From a virus, in IMG/VR virus record IMGVR_UViG_3300020160_001966, positions 1-64,000 of that record: a DNA stretch of 64,000 nt; one strand, given 5' to 3'. The notes below the pieces were generated by a model. It saw only the letters and a program-made list of their open reading frames with translations. It had not been told where the DNA came from and did not search any database. Numbering within the stretch: the first letter of the stretch is position 1; each line of letters starts with the position of its first letter. The position numbers were made by a program, and so were the translations under genes. This document shows positions 59,068-64,000 of the stretch, piece after piece.

Positions 59068-59812
59068 TTGTTTTTTTAAATTTTAATTCAAAAGGCTCCA
59101 CATAAGGATAACCATCTTCTATATAAAGTTTGTTGTAATTTAAAATTTCATCAGTATGGTACTTTATACTTCTTTCGCCAAATGAAAAATTGACTTCTGG
59201 TAAGTGATTAACGCTTAAACATTCAAAACCATATTTTTCAGCTATTTTTATCACATTAGATACAGTTTGGGGATAGTACTTGAAAAAATTTTCATAATAT
59301 TTCCTATTTTGTGTTTTTTCAAAAGTATCAGAAACATCAAACGTTTCTTTTAGAAATAAAATTCCTCCGTCTGCAAGAACTATATTACAATTTTTTAAAG
59401 TATTTTCTATTTTGGAGTGAAATAAACTCTCTAAAAAAACACAATGGGTCATGTCTTTTCCAGTATAATTTTCCATGTCTTCGACTTTAAATACGCAATT
59501 TGGAAAATTTGTTCTGGCTTGTTTTACACATTCTTCACTATTAGAAATGCCTTCAGCGTAACATATTTTACTTAATTTATCAACCATATAACCTGTACCA
59601 CATCCCATATCAACTACCCTAGAATTTTTGTCGATACCGCTTTGCTTGATAATATGATCCATGAATTCTTTTTCATCTTTACCCACTGCAAAATTGCAAT
59701 AAAAGGGAACCTCTAATGGATGACTAAGCAATCCAATTTGAGCGTTGTAAAATTCTCTAGCGTCTTTCCAAGGAACTTCTATTGTTATATAATTCTCACC
59801 AATTTCGGTCAT
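59051..59812 (-). CDS. Class I SAM methyltransferase
   Basis: VVDMGCGTG, DMENY, FLESLFH, GGILFLKE. Confidence 0.85.
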   Translation of the reverse strand: MTEIGENYITIEVPWKDAREFYNAQIGLLSHPLEVPFYCNFAVGKDEKEFMDHIIKQSGIDKNSRVVDMGCGTGYMVDKLSKICYAEGISNSEECVKQARTNFPNCVFKVEDMENYTGKDMTHCVFLESLFHSKIENTLKNCNIVLADGGILFLKETFDVSDTFEKTQNRKYYENFFKYYPQTVSNVIKIAEKYGFECLSVNHLPEVNFSFGERSIKYHTDEILNYNKLYIEDGYPYVEPFELKFKKTNENFF

Positions 59813-59850
59813 ATGTATTATATACTAATAATAAATAAAATTACAAAATA

Positions 59851-60597
59851 TTATTTATTAATAAAATTTTGTAATTTCTTACCACTCTCAGAATTTGATA
59901 TAGCACCCCATGCTTGAGATAATGTTCCTTGTAAAGCTTTTTGCATTGCAGATGTTGAAAAATCCATAACAGCGTTTCCAGCATTTTGTAAAGTATCTTT
60001 CCAAGAATTATTTTCTGGTGGCGTGGTATTACCATCTTTATCAACATTTTCTTCTTTATCATCTGGAATTGTATTATTCTGTTCTATTCCAACCTTAGAA
60101 GATCTTGCAACTCCAAGATGAACGTGATCATAATGATTACCACCAACATTTGATAACCAAATAATCTGGATTCTAAAACCATCTGGTGTATAATATTTGA
60201 AATCTCTACCCTCATAAGGTTTCCAAGAAGTAACATTTGCTCCACAATTTCTAGCAACAGCTATTGCAAATTGCGTTCCAGCCTCAACGTTTCCATTAAA
60301 TGTCGTATTCAAACCAAAATCTGCTGCATATGCTGTCGTATTTCCAACATAATGATCTGACATATACCCCGATTTCGTATTTTTTGTCCCCCTTTTTAAA
60401 GAATATGCTTTCCAATTACCCATGGGTAAAAGCGATATAAGTTTTGGCATGGAACCTCCCCAATCCCCATTTGAACCTCCAGCACTAGGTTGACCAGATG
60501 CATTTGCAACACCCACCAATGACCCTAAAGGGTTTTTATATGCCTCAAGAATAATATTATATTGTTTTAATATATTATGTGTGTCGGAATTAAACAT
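59851..60597 (-). CDS. M15/Hedgehog-DD-peptidase-like zinc peptidase
   Basis: SDH...AADF and NHYDHVHLG zinc-ligand motifs. Confidence 0.65.
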   Translation of the reverse strand: MFNSDTHNILKQYNIILEAYKNPLGSLVGVANASGQPSAGGSNGDWGGSMPKLISLLPMGNWKAYSLKRGTKNTKSGYMSDHYVGNTTAYAADFGLNTTFNGNVEAGTQFAIAVARNCGANVTSWKPYEGRDFKYYTPDGFRIQIIWLSNVGGNHYDHVHLGVARSSKVGIEQNNTIPDDKEENVDKDGNTTPPENNSWKDTLQNAGNAVMDFSTSAMQKALQGTLSQAWGAISNSESGKKLQNFINK

Positions 60598-60603
60598 ATT
60601 CGA

Positions 60604-61278
60604 TTATTTCATATAGCTACTCATAAAATCTTCGTATTTTTTACCAATAGCCCCCTTTGCTGTATTTAAAACAGAAGATAATGCTTTTTTCATTCCCTCT
60701 TTACTAAAATCCCCACCAGTTAAATCATATACTTGTTGTTTAACATCATCGTATGTACTAGATGCAACATCTCCAATTTTAGACAATGTATCATTTTCTT
60801 CCGAACCATTATCACTTTCATCGTTTGATTTAATATTTGAAACTATTTCTCTTTCGTAATCGGAATTAGGTTTTATATTTAAAGGTGTAACTACCAAGTT
60901 ATTACTATTTTTACCCAAATTTGCAAAATAATTGTACATTTGTTTATCAGATCCAGAGTAAAAATCTATATTGTTTGTGACAGAACCACCACCTTTATCA
61001 TCAACTCTATATATACCTTCAGTATTTCCAAATTCAGAACCTACAGGTCTTCCAGTTCTTTTATCTACTATTTTGACAATAGTACCGTGTGGAAGTTTAT
61101 TATTTGCTACAGAATATCCTGCTATTAATTTGTTGTTTTTATTTCCCATGTATTGCCACTCTGGTTTCAATATACCGTTCCTTATTTCACTTGCAGTTGT
61201 GCTATCAATATCAGCATTTCCATAAGCTGTGGCTCCAAACATATATTTTTCCAAAACAAATTGTTTAAATGTTCTCAC
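60604..61278 (-). CDS. 3D-domain (DPBB) lytic transglycosylase-like protein
   Basis: TAYG, YSVANNKLPHGTIV, YRVDDKGG, NIDFY. Confidence 0.7.
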   Translation of the reverse strand: MRTFKQFVLEKYMFGATAYGNADIDSTTASEIRNGILKPEWQYMGNKNNKLIAGYSVANNKLPHGTIVKIVDKRTGRPVGSEFGNTEGIYRVDDKGGGSVTNNIDFYSGSDKQMYNYFANLGKNSNNLVVTPLNIKPNSDYEREIVSNIKSNDESDNGSEENDTLSKIGDVASSTYDDVKQQVYDLTGGDFSKEGMKKALSSVLNTAKGAIGKKYEDFMSSYMK

Positions 61279-61316
61279 GTTAATATTTATAATAAAGAAA
61301 CACTAAATATTCTTAT

Positions 61317-61841
61317 ATGGTTGGAAAAAAAGATACAGTAATGATATTTGAAAAATATCGCAACGTTTTAGCTGAACAACAACAAAACAATAATATACAG
61401 TCTATAATAAATCAAATAAACACTTCAGCTTTAGCTCCAGAAGTTAAACAAGGTCTAGTTTCTTTATTAAAAAATCCCGAAGTTGCATCTAAATGGCAAA
61501 GTGGTGATGCTGATACTGTGAATGCTGGTGATTCAAATTTTGCTAAAGAATTATCAATGGCAAAATATGGCGCTCCAGATCAAGATTTAGCAAATGCTCC
61601 AGATCCCAATTTTGCTAAAGAAATGGCCGCTGAAAGAGCTAAACAACAAAAGCAATATCCAGAACAAGAAGAAAACGAAGAATCTCCAGTAAATTGTGCA
61701 ACTCTCCCCACACCAGAGGAAAGAAACAATTGTAACGTTAGAAGAAAACAAGTTGCAATCAACAGTTTTTCAAAAATTCAAAATCCAGAGAAAAAAACGG
61801 TTTATAACGATCCTAACACCAGCAATAAAAGCTGGTTTTAA
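61317..61841 (+). CDS. Hypothetical protein
   Basis: 174 aa; TAAATA upstream; leader DTVMIFEKY. Confidence 0.65.
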   Translation: MVGKKDTVMIFEKYRNVLAEQQQNNNIQSIINQINTSALAPEVKQGLVSLLKNPEVASKWQSGDADTVNAGDSNFAKELSMAKYGAPDQDLANAPDPNFAKEMAAERAKQQKQYPEQEENEESPVNCATLPTPEERNNCNVRRKQVAINSFSKIQNPEKKTVYNDPNTSNKSWF

Positions 61842-61850
61842 TATAAAAAA

Positions 61851-62171
61851 TTAAACACCCCAACTTGTACCACCGAAAGGATTGCTCCATCCAGTAGTTG
61901 TTTTTTGTCCTATTTCAGCTGGAATGGGTAAAGGTTTTTGTGGTTGATTATCTGTGATTTTTTGCAAAGGAACTCCAAACAAATTTTGATTATCTTTATT
62001 GTCAAAATGAGTCTCTTTCATTTTTGAATAACTATCTCTTTTATCTATAGTAGCGTAAAAAGTTTCAATACAATTTACAATATAATCACATAGAATGTAA
62101 TCTGGAGTATTACATTTATTGTCTAAAGAAAATTTATTAATTAAATCTGTTAGTTCTTTCTTAAATTCCAT
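61851..62171 (-). CDS. Conserved phage hypothetical protein
   Basis: ELTDLIN.FS.DN..NTPDYIL..Y; sigma70-like promoter at 62177-62204. Confidence 0.65.
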   Translation of the reverse strand: MEFKKELTDLINKFSLDNKCNTPDYILCDYIVNCIETFYATIDKRDSYSKMKETHFDNKDNQNLFGVPLQKITDNQPQKPLPIPAEIGQKTTTGWSNPFGGTSWGV

Positions 62172-62200
62172 ATTAAAATTTAGAAAGATTTTTTAAAAAA

Positions 62201-62563
62201 TCAAACCAAACCGAAAGATTTTTTAACTAATAAATTAATCCATCTATCAAAAGACTCTTTGACTATGGATTTTTTCTTTTTCTTTTTGTCCATGAAAGCT
62301 TTTTTCATAGGTTCTTTTTTATTACCATCTCTATCAACATCCAAATAATCTGGTTTTCTAGATTCTTTTATTTGTTTCTTTTTTGGAATTTTTGCACCAG
62401 ACTCTTTAGCTTTATTTAAAGAAATAGCCACTGCTTGTTTTTGAGCTTTTTTCTTCGTTTTGGGTTTAGAAGTCCCAATTTTACCAGTTTTCTTATATTT
62501 CCCCATTTCAGATTTAATGTTTTTGGAGATTGTTTCTTTAGATTTTCCTTTTTTAAGTGGCAT
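62201..62563 (-). CDS. Small highly basic protein
   Basis: MPLKKGKS...KQAVAISL; DVDRDGN motif. Confidence 0.7.
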   Translation of the reverse strand: MPLKKGKSKETISKNIKSEMGKYKKTGKIGTSKPKTKKKAQKQAVAISLNKAKESGAKIPKKKQIKESRKPDYLDVDRDGNKKEPMKKAFMDKKKKKKSIVKESFDRWINLLVKKSFGLV

Positions 62564-62577
62564 AGTGAAATTATTTA

Positions 62578-63051
62578 TTATTTTTGAAGTGTTTTTCTAT
62601 ACAAATTTAAAATATCCTCATCATTTAAACCCATTTGCTTTAGATAAGTTTCTATGAAAGATATATCATTTGATGTTATTGCTTGTTGAACATCTGCGGA
62701 TTCCAAATCCTTACCAAGTTCTTTCAATTTTTCGACAAGGTGTTTTTTAAATGTTGAAAGTCTTGAGCTATTAATTTTCGTTGCTTTTCCAGTTTCTTGA
62801 GTATTTTCATCTTCAACAGGCTCCAAATTAGACTTAGAGACAGTTTGAATAGGATTAATTCCTGTTGGAGTGTTGATAATGAAAACTTTGAACTCTGTGG
62901 GAGAACCTCCACATTCTTGCAATACATATCCTTCATAATAAGGTGAATTGATTATACCCAACTTCTCAGACCACATAGGATCTACCTTAATGCGGACTTT
63001 TTGAAGTTTTGTTGTTCCAATCGCTTTTTCCAACAGGTTTAAAAATTTCAC
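62578..63051 (-). CDS. Hypothetical protein
   Basis: GTG start 5 nt after TATAAATA; leader MKFLNLLE. Confidence 0.7.
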   Translation of the reverse strand: MKFLNLLEKAIGTTKLQKVRIKVDPMWSEKLGIINSPYYEGYVLQECGGSPTEFKVFIINTPTGINPIQTVSKSNLEPVEDENTQETGKATKINSSRLSTFKKHLVEKLKELGKDLESADVQQAITSNDISFIETYLKQMGLNDEDILNLYRKTLQK

Positions 63052-63086
63052 TTAATTATTTATACAAATGATGTATTAAAATTCAT

Positions 63087-63497
63087 TTAGTCTTTTTTAC
63101 TAACATCAACCAACCCACCATTTATTTTAATAAATGGTTCTCCCAATAACACCTTATATTCATTTTCCGTTCTATCCGCAATTGAAAATGGAACGTTGGA
63201 ATATTTTTTACCATTTATAGAAACATTAAATTCAACCACTGGTCTATTTTCTTTATTGCCAGATCCTATATGTATTTTTATATCGTCTTTAAATGGACAT
63301 GTTATTATTTTCCCATCTATGGTTTCGAACGTAACTTGTCCGTTTTTAGTAGCTTTGACTATACCATGTAAAACATTGTGTGCGGTATTTCCAGTATCTG
63401 TTTTTGCTTTTAAAAATCCAATACCTTCAATTTCAATATCCTCTACAATACCTAGAGCTTTTTCTAAAATAGTTTTATATAGTTTTATAAATTTCAC
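63087..63497 (-). CDS. RimK-associated retropepsin-like protease
   Basis: AKTDTGN catalytic motif, ENRPVV, FSIADRT...Y.VLLG. Confidence 0.8.
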   Translation of the reverse strand: MKFIKLYKTILEKALGIVEDIEIEGIGFLKAKTDTGNTAHNVLHGIVKATKNGQVTFETIDGKIITCPFKDDIKIHIGSGNKENRPVVEFNVSINGKKYSNVPFSIADRTENEYKVLLGEPFIKINGGLVDVSKKD

Positions 63498-63503
63498 TTG
63501 AAT

Positions 63504-63517
63504 TATTTATATAAATA
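63504..63517. promoter_or_regulatory. Palindromic back-to-back late promoters
   Basis: TATTTATATAAATA holds TATAAATA on both strands, 6 and 5 nt from the two GTG starts. Confidence 0.75.
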
Positions 63518-63522
63518 ATAAG

Positions 63523-64000
63523 GTGAATAAAGATTGTTATTTAATTTTTGAACAATATAGATTAATTTCAGAAAATTTAATTCTAGAAAATGTACAAAAG
63601 GCTATAGAAATAAGAAACAAATATTACCCATCTTTAAAATATCAAGGAGAATTGATAGGAGATTATGAAGTTGAGGAAATATACAACGCCTTGGCTAGAC
63701 AGCAAGTGGCGAAAACGATATATTTGAATTGGATATTCCTTTTAATACAAAATCGTGTTCCTAGAATAATGGAAGATTTACAAACAATAGCCAAAAATTT
63801 AAAAGTTTTTAATTCCAAGAGTAGTAAAATAGCAGCAGATGGATACCCAACTCAACTTTTCAAACCAAATAAAGAATTAATATATAAAACACCTCAAGAC
63901 TTATATAAAGTTGTTGAAAATTATATGAATACTGATGATGTTGGTGAAAGAGGATTGTTAAAAACAGCTGAATATTTGAAATCAAAAGGAGAAGTTGGAA
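63523..64000 (+). CDS. Partial hypothetical protein (runs off the right edge)
   Basis: Hand-translated from GTG: MNKDCYLIFEQYRLISENLILE..., no stop to the window end. Confidence 0.75.
   Translation, partial: MNKDCYLIFEQYRLISENLILENVQKAIEIRNKYYPSLKYQGELIGDYEVEEIYNALARQQVAKTIYLNWIFLLIQNRVPRIMEDLQTIAKNLKVFNSKSSKIAADGYPTQLFKPNKELIYKTPQDLYKVVENYMNTDDVGERGLLKTAEYLKSKGEVG

Noticed and set aside
1-64000. Stop-codon reassignment
   Set aside because: Genes pack tightly under code 11, and TAA, TAG (e.g. 34814) and TGA (e.g. 27664) all end genes
1-64000. tRNA or rRNA genes
   Set aside because: Intergenic gaps are short and AT-rich; I saw no cloverleaf or GTTCRA T-loop context

Overview
This is a very AT-rich, densely coding 64-kb segment of a large T4-superfamily myophage, read with the standard genetic code. 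It holds (i) a rearranged T4-like morphogenesis block: gp22-gp23, gp17-gp3-gp18-gp19-tube paralogue-gp26/51, and a lysozyme-less gp5; (ii) two glycosylation clusters (27.7-34.0 kb and 46.8-54.4 kb) with about 13 glycosyltransferase-like or HtrL-like genes and 4 methyltransferase domains; (iii) three Pro/Thr mucin-like (PT-x-T)n proteins, two of which bracket the first cluster; (iv) nrdA/nrdB, hsp20, a lysis cassette, an ATE/Bpt-like aminoacyl-transferase and peptidoglycan hydrolases; and (v) many small genes sharing N-terminal leaders that resemble T4 capsid-targeting/prohead-protease sites. The best candidate for a new system is phage-encoded mucin-type protein O-glycosylation, with a GT60-like polypeptide GlcNAc-transferase lying next to a PT-x-T repeat gene. 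Two promoter classes (TATAAATA and TTGAnn-N16-TAnnnT) sit only 5-9 nt before start codons, implying largely leaderless mRNAs. All family assignments come from motif recognition by eye, not from database searches. I found no tRNA, rRNA, CRISPR array or intein.
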